Positions 18,701 through 27,954 of a stretch of 64,000 nucleotides of DNA are shown one piece after another. The DNA is from Fibrobacteria bacterium (GTDB taxonomy: Bacteria; Fibrobacterota; Fibrobacteria; UBA11236; JADFYW01): NCBI GenBank assembly GCA_050294405.1, contig JBNKOC010000025.1, positions 96,001 to 160,000 on the forward strand. Direction: 5' to 3'. Numbering within the stretch: position 1 is the stretch's first letter; every line of letters starts with the position of its first letter. The position numbers and the translations under genes were made by a program. The notes beneath the pieces are model-generated. The model worked only from the letters and a program-made list of their open reading frames with translations. It did no database searches and was not told the origin of the DNA.

Positions 18701-19324
18701 ATGTTGAATTATATAGACAACAACGGACGGCCAGATCCCAGCAGGTTTCCCTATCCAAATGACAAGTTAAATTTGGAGCCCACGGAAGCTGTAAAAGCTG
18801 TTGAAGAAAAATTTTCCGAATCCAAAGAAAGAGAGTCCGCTAACGAGGCAGTGTTCTTTCAGGTTTTCAAAAGGGCCAATAATTCGAAAAACAACCAAAA
18901 TTCATTTTTTAAAACCCCCGCTAAAAATATCATGACAAAAAAGGTAGTGACTTTGGAAGCGGATACCAGCATTGAGCAAGCTTGGGAATATTTTAAGAAA
19001 TACAGTTTTAGACATATGCCAGTAGTGGACGCCGACAGTCATGTTATTGGCATGGTTTCATATAAAAGCCTTTCTAAAAATTTGTTTGAATTGGAGCAAA
19101 ATTCGCCTGAAAGGAAAAATCTGGTATCTGAAATCATGATAAGCAACGTGCTCGTATCAAATCCAGATACAGCTCTTAATACTTTGGCTCTTAATCTGAT
19201 TAACAAAAAAATAGGGGCCATGCCCATTGTAGATGCCGAGAATAAGATTAATGGCATAGTCACCCGTAGCGATGTGCTAAAGGCGGTTTTTATTCCAAAT
19301 TCCGCTATAGATTTACGGGTTTAA
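18701..19324 (+). CDS. CBS domain pair protein
   Basis: IMTKKVVT...FRHMPVVD...GMVS and IM...IGAMPIVD...GIVTRSD. Confidence 0.9.
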   Translation: MLNYIDNNGRPDPSRFPYPNDKLNLEPTEAVKAVEEKFSESKERESANEAVFFQVFKRANNSKNNQNSFFKTPAKNIMTKKVVTLEADTSIEQAWEYFKKYSFRHMPVVDADSHVIGMVSYKSLSKNLFELEQNSPERKNLVSEIMISNVLVSNPDTALNTLALNLINKKIGAMPIVDAENKINGIVTRSDVLKAVFIPNSAIDLRV

Positions 19325-19432
19325 AAAGCAACTGACAAAATTCCGCCACGGCAACCTGGCGAAGCAGTTCGATGTTCGTAGCAATCGGATCCAGAGTTTA
19401 TTTTGAGATGAGTTCTAACTATATTTTATAAC

Positions 19433-20305
19433 TTGGAAGCATCCAAGTCTCATAAATGGTACTCAGAGGCGGTATTAAGCAATCGTCTTCATAAACATTG
19501 CCAGGTTCAAGGCAGCCATGTAGCTTATATGGATTGGCCTTGTGATACTGCCAGAGCTGATTTGTGTTTTATTCACGGTTCCGGGGCCCATGGATATTGG
19601 TGGGATCATTTTGTTCCCTTCTTTGCCAAAAATTATTCTCTTCTTGTTCCCGACTTAAGCGGCATGGGCCAAAGCGAACACCGCGGTTTTTATAGCGTGG
19701 ATATTTTTGCCGAGGAAATACAACATATTCATCTTAATGAAAACAGGACAAATAACAATATTTTAATAGGGCATAGCTTGGGTGGTTTTGTGGCTTTAAG
19801 GGCATTACATAATTATCCCGATATTTTTAAAGCTGCCATAATCATTGATAGTCCCGTTGGTCCTCCAGAAAAAGATTGGGAGTTTAATAAGGATAAATCG
19901 CCCATTAAGCCAAAGAAAATATACGGCAGCCGAGAAGATGCTTTGGCGCGTTTTAGGCTAATTCCTCCGCAACCTTGCGAGGAAACGGAAATATTAAATT
20001 ACATTGCTGAAAAATCCATTACTGAGTATAAAAATGGATATAGCTGGAAATACGACGACAAGCTATTTACTCATTTTGAAATGGGAAATAACCCAAAGGT
20101 GTTTCAAGAGGCGGTTGAAAAAGTCAGTTTAATATATGGGGCGAAAAGCCATATAGTGACTGGACATATTAAAGAATATATGATTCCCTATTTAAAAGCC
20201 AGGCGCCGGCCCGTATATTGCCAGGAGGAATCTTACCACCATGTTATTATTGATAGACCCATGGAGTGCATACATAACCTGCAAAAGATTTTAGGGAATC
20301 TTTAA
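19433..20305 (+). CDS. Alpha/beta hydrolase
   Basis: FIHGSGAH, PDLSGMGQS, GHSLGG nucleophile elbow, late YHH. Confidence 0.9.
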   Translation: MEASKSHKWYSEAVLSNRLHKHCQVQGSHVAYMDWPCDTARADLCFIHGSGAHGYWWDHFVPFFAKNYSLLVPDLSGMGQSEHRGFYSVDIFAEEIQHIHLNENRTNNNILIGHSLGGFVALRALHNYPDIFKAAIIIDSPVGPPEKDWEFNKDKSPIKPKKIYGSREDALARFRLIPPQPCEETEILNYIAEKSITEYKNGYSWKYDDKLFTHFEMGNNPKVFQEAVEKVSLIYGAKSHIVTGHIKEYMIPYLKARRRPVYCQEESYHHVIIDRPMECIHNLQKILGNL

Positions 20306-21345
20306 AAAATCCGGCTATTTTTTTCGCTTTGAAAACCCATACAATTATTCACATTTACATAGAATGAATATTGGCTGCCCGGATTGTAATTGGCGGGTGT
20401 TTCAGTTCGAGCCACCAGAGATTTGCCTTTTAAATCCAGATGCAAATAACTGTGGCTGCCTAAGTGCTCCATATATTTTACTTTAGCTGAAATTTCTAAT
20501 TGAACCTGTTGGTGGTTTTTTACTGAAGATACATGTTCGGGCCTGAAGGTTATAGTAGCTCCATTTCCTTTTAGTTTTTCTTCCAGTTCCTTTGGCAATA
20601 AAACCGCATCTGACTCAAGTTTGTTTAATTGGGGATTCCCCATAAAGTCTGCCACAAATAAGTCGGCAGGGTTGTTATATATTTCCAAAGGGGGGCTGCT
20701 TTGGTGGCAAACTCCCAAATTAAATAAAGACACATTATCTCCCAGTGTCATAGCTTCTGTTTGATCATGAGTCACATATACAAAAGTAGCTCCCAATTCC
20801 TGCTGGATTTCTTTGAGCTCAAATCTCATTTGAGTCCTTAGTTTGGCATCAAGATTAGACAGCGGTTCGTCCATTAAATACAGGGCTGGTTTTTTTAAAA
20901 TAGCTCGACCCATGGCCACCCTCTGCCTTTGCCCGCCGGAAATTTCATGGGGAAAACGCGACCAGATATCCTTTATCCCCAGAATTTCGCTTACCCTGGA
21001 AGATTCCTGTTTTATGGTGTCCGAGGGCTCCTTCCTCATTTTCATCCCAAACACAAGGTTTTGATATACATTCATGTGCGGAAATAAAACATAACTTTGA
21101 AACATCATGGCCAAATTGCGCTTTTGAGGAGGCAAATGGTTTTGGACTTCCCCCTTTAAAATAATTTCTCCGGTGTCGGGAAATTCCAAACCGGCAATGA
21201 TTTTTAATAAGGTTGATTTCCCACAACCCGAAGGGCCAATAATTACCGAAAATTCTCCTTTTTCGATTTCCAGCTTAACTTGTTTTAGAGCCTGAACCCC
21301 CCCTGGATATATTTTACTGATATTGTTAATACTTAAAAAAGACAT
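20302..21345 (-). CDS. Carbohydrate ABC transporter ATP-binding protein (MalK/UgpC-like)
   Basis: GPSGCGKST, ISGGQRQRVAMGRA, LMDEPLSNLDAKLR, YVTHDQ, C-terminal TOBE-like region. Confidence 0.95.
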   Translation of the reverse strand: MSFLSINNISKIYPGGVQALKQVKLEIEKGEFSVIIGPSGCGKSTLLKIIAGLEFPDTGEIILKGEVQNHLPPQKRNLAMMFQSYVLFPHMNVYQNLVFGMKMRKEPSDTIKQESSRVSEILGIKDIWSRFPHEISGGQRQRVAMGRAILKKPALYLMDEPLSNLDAKLRTQMRFELKEIQQELGATFVYVTHDQTEAMTLGDNVSLFNLGVCHQSSPPLEIYNNPADLFVADFMGNPQLNKLESDAVLLPKELEEKLKGNGATITFRPEHVSSVKNHQQVQLEISAKVKYMEHLGSHSYLHLDLKGKSLVARTETPANYNPGSQYSFYVNVNNCMGFQSEKNSRIF

Positions 21346-21347
21346 GG

Positions 21348-22166
21348 TTAATTAATAAAGCTGGATAGGGTGGAACGGAATTGTTTTCTCAAGGCAAAAA
21401 ACAAAATTACAGTGGGGAATATTGAAAACAAAGACCCAACCATTAACATGGCGTAGGGAATCCTCATGCTACCACCGTATAAAGCGCTGAGAGAAATGGT
21501 TAAACTGCGGTTTTCGGCGGAGTTTAAAATAACCATAGGAATAACTTGTTGATGCCAGGACAGTATAAAATGTATCAGGCCATAAGTTAGCAGGGGAGCG
21601 CTAATTAGGGGCAAAATCACCCAAAAAATTTTGTAATCGCTTAAACCTTCCATGCGAGCCATCTGAAATAGATCTTTAGGGATAGATTTAAAAACCTGAG
21701 TAAAATACAGCACTCCGATTCCCGATACGATACCCGGAAAAATAACGCCCCATTTGCTGTCCAAAAGTCCAAGATTATTTAGCCAGGTAAATAAAGGCAA
21801 AATCATAACTTGTTTTGGAATCAAGATAACTAACATAGCCAATAAAAATAACAGGTTTTTGCCTTTAAAGGAATAAACTCCAAATACATATCCTCCAAAA
21901 CTACTTAGCAACAGAGCTCCCAATGTTTCCAAAATGGAAATAAAAAGGGAGTTATAATATTGCCGGAAAAAAGGAATCCATTTACCGCTAAAAACTTCTG
22001 TGTAATATTGAAAAGAAAAAGATTGCGGCAATAAGGGAAAAGGAGTGAAAATTTCCAGATTGTTTTTAAAAGTGGCGAAAAACATCCAGATAAAAGGGAA
22101 AAAGAAAAAAAGTCCCACTATGAAGGCTGTGAATATAAGTGAATATTTTTGAATATTTAATTTCAT
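21348..22166 (-). CDS. Carbohydrate ABC transporter permease (MalG-like)
   Basis: Multiple TMs; EAA-like IPKDLFQMARMEG. Confidence 0.9.
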   Translation of the reverse strand: MKLNIQKYSLIFTAFIVGLFFFFPFIWMFFATFKNNLEIFTPFPLLPQSFSFQYYTEVFSGKWIPFFRQYYNSLFISILETLGALLLSSFGGYVFGVYSFKGKNLLFLLAMLVILIPKQVMILPLFTWLNNLGLLDSKWGVIFPGIVSGIGVLYFTQVFKSIPKDLFQMARMEGLSDYKIFWVILPLISAPLLTYGLIHFILSWHQQVIPMVILNSAENRSLTISLSALYGGSMRIPYAMLMVGSLFSIFPTVILFFALRKQFRSTLSSFIN

Positions 22167-22174
22167 TTAGGCGG

Positions 22175-23056
22175 TTATTTTGATTTTTTGTTTTTCCATA
22201 ACATATTCGACAAGATTAAAAGAGAAATTAAAAAAGGAACCAGAAAAAAACTGATAGCAGCCGAATAGCCAAATTTGCCCAATGTAAAGGCGTTGTAATA
22301 CGAGTAAGATACGAGCAATAGCCCGGCATCTGCGGTGCCTCCAGAGCTTCCTAATAACACATAGGCTCCCTGAAATAACACAAAGGCGTCCAGGAAAAGC
22401 ACAATGGCGCTAAATATTAAAACCCTTTTCAAAAGGGGAAGGGTTAGGTAAATAAAATTATTCCAACCTGAAGCCCCTTCTAATCTGGAAACATGGTAAT
22501 AGTTTTTAGGGATAGCTCTTAAACCGGATAAAATAAAAAGGGTTATGATGCCGCTCCACCTCCAGATAGCCTGTAAAATCAAGGATAGCTTTATCATTTT
22601 AGGATCTTTTATCCAATCAATAGTTTCCAGCCCAAAGGGATAAACCAGCAAATTATTGAGTATTCCATAACGGCCATTAAAAATCAGCAGAAATAAGAAT
22701 CCCAAAACCAGCGGAGGGCTAAGCCCAGGAATAAGAAACATATAGCTTATTATGTTGCTTATGCGTTCGGGTATTTTTTCCAATAGCACGGCCAGGGCAA
22801 TGGCGATGGGAATAATGCTAACTAAGGTTCCAGCAGTATATATAACAGTGTTTTGAAGAGCGAGCCAAAAGCGCTCGTCTTTAAAAAGTATAAGGTAATG
22901 CTCCAGCCCTACAAAATGGGGCTTTTCAAATAAGCTATCCGATTGAAAACTTAAATAAAACCCTTTGATTAGGGGGATTAACCAAAATGTTATGTATGCT
23001 AAAAAAAAAGGAGCTAAATACCAATATGGAGTGCGTATTAATTTTGGAGCTTTTAT
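22175..23056 (-). CDS. Carbohydrate ABC transporter permease (MalF/UgpA-like), start uncertain and apparently non-canonical
   Basis: The frame is open upstream of the tracked GTG (22789) to 23134 and encodes YWYLAPFF...FVGLEHY...DERFWLALQNT; EAA-like IPKNYYHVSRLEGAS; no in-frame ATG/GTG/TTG upstream. Confidence 0.88.
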   Translation of the reverse strand: MKAPKLIRTPYWYLAPFFLAYITFWLIPLIKGFYLSFQSDSLFEKPHFVGLEHYLILFKDERFWLALQNTVIYTAGTLVSIIPIAIALAVLLEKIPERISNIISYMFLIPGLSPPLVLGFLFLLIFNGRYGILNNLLVYPFGLETIDWIKDPKMIKLSLILQAIWRWSGIITLFILSGLRAIPKNYYHVSRLEGASGWNNFIYLTLPLLKRVLIFSAIVLFLDAFVLFQGAYVLLGSSGGTADAGLLLVSYSYYNAFTLGKFGYSAAISFFLVPFLISLLILSNMLWKNKKSK

Positions 23057-23118
23057 ATTGGATTCGTTTCCTATGTGAACATCCCCCAGGGCAGCTCTAA
23101 AAATTTTCCTCTTTTTGT

Positions 23119-23153
23119 TTTTCCAGTGAGGGAGCTAAATCCTCACTGGAAAA
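23119..23153. other. Perfect 13-bp stem-loop after the solute-binding protein gene
   Basis: TTTTCCAGTGAGG-GAGCTAAAT-CCTCACTGGAAAA. Confidence 0.75.
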
Positions 23154-23158
23154 CTAAA

Positions 23159-24454
23159 TTATTTATAAGCCCCTTTGGGATCTTTAAGAGCGTTAGAAAT
23201 TTCTTCCAAGAGTTTTTTTGGAGTAATGGAATCGCTTACAAGCTGCTGCCAGTATTTTTCACGCAATAAATTTACCACTAAAGCTTTTACTGGGGACTGG
23301 TTTTGTGCAGGAATGTTATTGGCCAGTTCTATCATTAGGTTGCCCAAGGATTGACCGCCAAAAGCTTTGTCTTTTTTGCTAAAACGCAAATCCACCCAGG
23401 CAGGGCGAAAGGGAGTAAAGCTGTTGCCTTGCAAATACCTTTCCACGTTGGCATCAATATCAGTCATTACCCACTCCATGAATTTCCAACTGTCTTCAAT
23501 GGCCTTGCTGTTTTTGTAAATCATCAATCCCTGACCTGAAAAAGTGGAGGTATTGCGTTGGTTGTTTGATTTTTTATCGGTCCATTTGGGCAGAGGCATA
23601 GCGGCCCATTTACCTTTGATTTCCTGGGGGGACATGCTTTGAATCATATCAAGTCCATACCAATCGGCTGCCATGATGCACAAAATCTCATTATTGACCA
23701 CATCGCCAGCAAAAAAAGAAGGGTCGTAAATACTTCCCCTGTCGGGGTTACGGCCATTGCCATCTTTGATAAACTTCTGAATCCATTCCAATGTTTCCAA
23801 AACAATGGGGTCATCAAAATTTGGGGAGCCATCTTTTTTAAATAAGTCGCTACCCCTTTGTTTTACCAGTATTTCCCAATAGGACCAGTCCATGGCGAGC
23901 ATAGCCTGATTGGGCTTTTTAATTTTTTGGCCGGCCTGAATAAACTTATCCCAGGTGTCCAGGGCTTCGGGCGCAAATCCAAATTCTGAAAATAAATCGC
24001 TGCGGTAAAAAATAACCACGCCGCTTACAGACTGAGGCAAGCCATAGGTTTTTCCGTTAAAGGAAAATAGTCCAAGGCGCTGAGGCAGTATGCCCTCATC
24101 TAACTTGGCTTTTTTAATGCGATCGCTCAGCTCTAAAAAAGGGACTTCATGGGCAAGGTACATGCTAAAAAACATTTCGTCCATTTGCACAATATCCGGT
24201 GTGTTTACTCCCGATTTAATGGCAACGGCAAGTTTATCTGGCATTTCCATAAAACCAAAGGATTTGATATTGGCTTTAAAATTTTTGTCTACCTTTTTTT
24301 GGTACAGAGCCACCATGTTCTGATAATATTTTTGATCCGTAAAAGAATTAACCCAGATTTCGAGGGGCTTTTTGGCGGCAAGGCTGCTGCTTAAAAATGG
24401 AAATACCGTTAAAAAAACAAGTAAGGCTGCAGGTATTCTTAAAGGTGGAATCAT
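23159..24454 (-). CDS. Carbohydrate ABC transporter solute-binding protein
   Basis: Signal peptide; PDIVQMD, GKTYGLP, FYRSDLF, TWDKF, WAAMPLP; first gene of the ABC operon. Confidence 0.9.
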   Translation of the reverse strand: MIPPLRIPAALLVFLTVFPFLSSSLAAKKPLEIWVNSFTDQKYYQNMVALYQKKVDKNFKANIKSFGFMEMPDKLAVAIKSGVNTPDIVQMDEMFFSMYLAHEVPFLELSDRIKKAKLDEGILPQRLGLFSFNGKTYGLPQSVSGVVIFYRSDLFSEFGFAPEALDTWDKFIQAGQKIKKPNQAMLAMDWSYWEILVKQRGSDLFKKDGSPNFDDPIVLETLEWIQKFIKDGNGRNPDRGSIYDPSFFAGDVVNNEILCIMAADWYGLDMIQSMSPQEIKGKWAAMPLPKWTDKKSNNQRNTSTFSGQGLMIYKNSKAIEDSWKFMEWVMTDIDANVERYLQGNSFTPFRPAWVDLRFSKKDKAFGGQSLGNLMIELANNIPAQNQSPVKALVVNLLREKYWQQLVSDSITPKKLLEEISNALKDPKGAYK

Positions 24455-24581
24455 TTGGCTTTCTCCAGTTAAGGACTTATTATTTGAAATAACAAAATAT
24501 TACTTAAATTTCGAGTCAAAGAATACTTAAGAGCTTCCCATTATGCCAGGAATTATTAAACCTAAGCCAGGAAATTTCAAT

Positions 24582-25247
24582 ATGCGGGTTTTGGTCCAAT
24601 TTGCCTTAATTTTTAGTCTTTTTTCCACATTTACCCAGGCAGAAGAAAAAAGAAAATTGCCCATTCCCCGATTTGTAGCAGGGGAGGCATTAACCGTGGT
24701 GGTGCATGGCGATTCCACAGCCGTGGTGAATAAGGGTTATCCAATTAATACCGAAGGTTTTATTGATATCCCTTACATTGGCAATATTTTTGTAACGGAT
24801 AAATCCCCGGATGAATTAGCCAGCTATTTAAGCGAAAAGTTAGCTCCTTTTTTACGGGACACCCACATCAGCGTTTATCCAGCAATTCGCGTTAGTTTTA
24901 TTGGGCATTTTACTGCGCCCGGCCTTCATTACATTGACCCCGATAAAGTGGTTTGGGATGCTTTCCACAAAGTTGCCGGTCCTCTCACTGAGCAAACTTT
25001 AGAAGAAATTAAGGTGATGCGAGGCGATAGGGAGCTTGCCATTAATGCCTGGGAAATTTTTTCTAAGGGTGTTACTCTTCGTGAAGCTGGAATAGTTTCC
25101 GGTGATTATTTTGTGCTTCCCACTCCAAACGAGCGGGATTTCTGGTATTATTTTCGCGATGCCGTATCTATCACAAGTACTTTAGTTTCAGCCATTGCCA
25201 GCGTAGTTACCGTTTATCTTTTAATTAATAACGAAGCAAACCAATAA
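24582..25247 (+). CDS. Polysaccharide export protein (OPX/Wza-like, Poly_export + SLBB)
   Basis: PES-like INTEGFIDIPYIGNIFV; SLBB-like VSFIGHFTAPGLH; C-terminal amphipathic helix; AGGA SD before ATG 24582. Confidence 0.8.
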   Translation: MRVLVQFALIFSLFSTFTQAEEKRKLPIPRFVAGEALTVVVHGDSTAVVNKGYPINTEGFIDIPYIGNIFVTDKSPDELASYLSEKLAPFLRDTHISVYPAIRVSFIGHFTAPGLHYIDPDKVVWDAFHKVAGPLTEQTLEEIKVMRGDRELAINAWEIFSKGVTLREAGIVSGDYFVLPTPNERDFWYYFRDAVSITSTLVSAIASVVTVYLLINNEANQ

Positions 25248-25272
25248 CTTCCCTATTTCTTTTTGCGGGAAT

Positions 25273-25281
25273 TGATATAAT
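25273..25281 (+). promoter_or_regulatory. Extended -10 promoter (TGaTATAAT) for a leaderless VanZ-family transcript
   Basis: TG-n-TATAAT ends 6 nt before ATG 25288; no SD. Confidence 0.6.
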
Positions 25282-25287
25282 ATTTCC

Positions 25288-26562
25288 ATGCGTCTGAGAA
25301 GATTGTGGTCGGCCCTGGCCTTCGTTTATTCGGCTTTTGTTTTTTACGGCACCCTATTTCCCTTTGTATTTAACGGCTATTTGTACCAGCGCCCAAAAGA
25401 AGGCCTGTATCCATTTTATTGGATTTTTACTCTGGGGGAATACAATGGTAGGGCGGATATTGTGGCCAACATTATTTTCTTTATTCCTCTTGGTTATTTT
25501 TTAGGAAAGTTGCTCTATGGCTTTCCCAAGCTTATCCTTTTTTTAATAGGGGGATTTTACTGTTTTTTTTTAACGGGGTTGGTGGAGTATTTGCAATTGT
25601 ACGTTCCCCACAGGCACACTTCGGTTCTGGATATTATCACGAATATCGGCGGAGGAATTTTAGGGCTGGTTTTTGCCAGTTACCTTAAAACGCCGCATCT
25701 TCTGGCAGGAGCCAAAAGGCAATTTCGCCAGCTTCTTTCCTCCCGTTGGGTGATACCCATGTTTGGAGTATTTATTCTGGTAATTTGCGAAGGACTTCAG
25801 CCTTTTAATTTTTCATTAAAGTTTGATTATATCCAATTTAAAATGAAACACTTTTGGCCCAGTAATTTTCCTGCCGGATACCTAATATTGCTTGCAAGAT
25901 ATGGGGCCGTTTTTGCGATGGCATCGGCCATTGCCAGCGCCTGGCTTTATGAAGCCAAGGTTAAAAGGCCAGCCTTAAAGGGCTTTTTAATGATGGCCAT
26001 GTTAGGCTCATTTCTTGAGTTTTTCCAGATATTGGTTTTATCCAGAATTCCAGGATGGCCAGAATTAATTCTCCTCAATTTGGCCTCTGCCTTTGGAAGC
26101 CTGGTGTTTTTATATATGCCGCAAAAAAAAATATGGGCCACAATTCCCTTTTGGTTACTCATAGGCTTTGCTGTGGCGGAGCTTTTCAGCGCTTCCAATA
26201 TTATCAATATGGATGTATATAGACTAAGGCCTATAAGGCAATATATGATTACCAGCTGGGCCACCACAAGAATGAGCTCCTGGATAAATCATTTAAGCCT
26301 TTTTTTCTTTTTAGGACTGATTGTTCCTTACTTTATTTATCGATTTCGCATTTCTCCCAAACTAAGCCTGGTGAATATTGCTTCCTTTGGCTTTGGCTTT
26401 TTGTTCACTGCCATAAGCCTAACCAAATTTTCCCCTATACAAAGCTCGTTTCGCTTTTTGTTTCCATTGGTGGGTTCTGCAGTTGGCTTTGCAATTTTTA
26501 TCTGGTCCTTGGGAATGCTCAAGGAGCTTCATAGGGCCAGACAAAAAAGCTCTTTGAATTAA
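25288..26562 (+). CDS. VanZ-family multi-pass membrane protein
   Basis: DIVANIIFFIPLG, VEYLQLYVPHRHTSVLDIITNIGG; second VanZ-like repeat LEFFQILVLSR. Confidence 0.85.
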   Translation: MRLRRLWSALAFVYSAFVFYGTLFPFVFNGYLYQRPKEGLYPFYWIFTLGEYNGRADIVANIIFFIPLGYFLGKLLYGFPKLILFLIGGFYCFFLTGLVEYLQLYVPHRHTSVLDIITNIGGGILGLVFASYLKTPHLLAGAKRQFRQLLSSRWVIPMFGVFILVICEGLQPFNFSLKFDYIQFKMKHFWPSNFPAGYLILLARYGAVFAMASAIASAWLYEAKVKRPALKGFLMMAMLGSFLEFFQILVLSRIPGWPELILLNLASAFGSLVFLYMPQKKIWATIPFWLLIGFAVAELFSASNIINMDVYRLRPIRQYMITSWATTRMSSWINHLSLFFFLGLIVPYFIYRFRISPKLSLVNIASFGFGFLFTAISLTKFSPIQSSFRFLFPLVGSAVGFAIFIWSLGMLKELHRARQKSSLN

Positions 26563-26572
26563 AAATTGGGGT

Positions 26573-27886
26573 TTATAAGCCCCAATAATCAAAGCCATTT
26601 TTAACAGCCTCTTCCCTTGGAAAAAGGCGTTTTACATCCACTATTATCGGTGTAATACCGGGTTTGTAAAATGATTTTATTTTTTCAAAAGAATAATCTT
26701 TAAATTCATCGTGGGCAGTGGCTACAACTAATGCGGAGCATGGCTGAATTTTTTCCATAGGAGTTAATTCAATGCCGTATTCGTGTTTTACCTCTTTTGG
26801 ATCTGCCCAGGGGTCTGCAACTTCCACATTCACATTATATGTTTTGAGTTCATCTATAATATCAGTAACTCTGGTATTGCGAATGTCTGCCACATTTTCT
26901 TTAAAAGTAAGGCCTAAAACCAACACGGTTTCGTTTTTAATGGCGATGCCCTGGCGAATCATGGATTTAATACATTGGTCCGCAATAACTTTACCCATGC
27001 TGTCATTGATGCGGCGGCCAGCTAAAATAACTTCGGGGTTGTAACCCACTTCTTTTGCCTTATGGGTTAAATAATAAGGGTCCACACCAATACAGTGGCC
27101 TCCCACCAATCCTGGAGAGAACTTTAAAAAGTTCCATTTGGTCCCAGCGGCTTCCAGCACTTCTTTAGTGTCGATATTCAGTTTGTTAAAAATAATGGAG
27201 AGCTCATTCATCAAGGCAATGTTTAAATCCCTTTGGGTGTTTTCGATTACCTTGGCCGCTTCAGCCACTTTAATACTGCTGGCTCTATGGACTCCGGGTA
27301 TTACCACCAATTCATAAACCTTTGCGACCACATCCAGGGTTTGAGCATCTTCCGCACTAACGATTTTTAAAATTCTTTCCAGGGTGTGCTCCCTGTCTCC
27401 CGGATTTATTCTCTCAGGAGAATAACCCAGCTTAAAATCCACTCCGCATTTAAGGCCGGAATGTTTTTCCAGTTCAGGCCCACATACATCTTCTGTAACT
27501 CCGGGATAAACAGTGGATTCAAAAACCACGATGCTGCCCTTGCTGAGGTTTTCACCCACAGTTTTAGAGGCCTTAACAAGAGGGGTTAAATCCGGATTTT
27601 GGGCGCCATCAATGGGGGTGGGTACTGCCACAATGATAAACTTTGCTTCTTTTAATCGGAAAGGGTCGGCAGTGTAGTCCACTGTGGTGGCCTTTAACTC
27701 TTCTTCAGTTAGCTCTTCAGAAGGGTCTTGGTTGTTATGCAACATTTCCACCCGGGCAGGATTAATATCAAAGCCGATGGTTTTGATTTTTTTACCTAAT
27801 GCCACAGCCAAGGGAAGGCCAACATAGCCCAATCCAACTACAGCCACTGCTGTTTTTTTCTCTTTTATTTCCTCAAAAATGCTCAT
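26573..27886 (-). CDS. UDP-N-acetylhexosamine 6-dehydrogenase (TviB/WbpO-like)
   Basis: VGLGYVGLPLA, FESTVYPG, YSPERINPGD, KVIENTQRD, GGHCIGVDP. Confidence 0.93.
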   Translation of the reverse strand: MSIFEEIKEKKTAVAVVGLGYVGLPLAVALGKKIKTIGFDINPARVEMLHNNQDPSEELTEEELKATTVDYTADPFRLKEAKFIIVAVPTPIDGAQNPDLTPLVKASKTVGENLSKGSIVVFESTVYPGVTEDVCGPELEKHSGLKCGVDFKLGYSPERINPGDREHTLERILKIVSAEDAQTLDVVAKVYELVVIPGVHRASSIKVAEAAKVIENTQRDLNIALMNELSIIFNKLNIDTKEVLEAAGTKWNFLKFSPGLVGGHCIGVDPYYLTHKAKEVGYNPEVILAGRRINDSMGKVIADQCIKSMIRQGIAIKNETVLVLGLTFKENVADIRNTRVTDIIDELKTYNVNVEVADPWADPKEVKHEYGIELTPMEKIQPCSALVVATAHDEFKDYSFEKIKSFYKPGITPIIVDVKRLFPREEAVKNGFDYWGL

Positions 27887-27954
27887 AAGTTACTTCTCTC
27901 TTAAAAGAATAATTTCAATGTAATATGGTGAGTTCAGCTTAGCAAGATTTTAAC

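Noticed and set aside
19340..19412. SAM-I or c-di-GMP-I riboswitch (GGCAACC...GATGAG)
   Set aside because: The other conserved core elements are missing; kept only as a generic structured element
23001..23009. A9 homopolymer as a frameshift explaining the missing permease start
   Set aside because: Permease-like sequence continues in the same frame on both sides of the run
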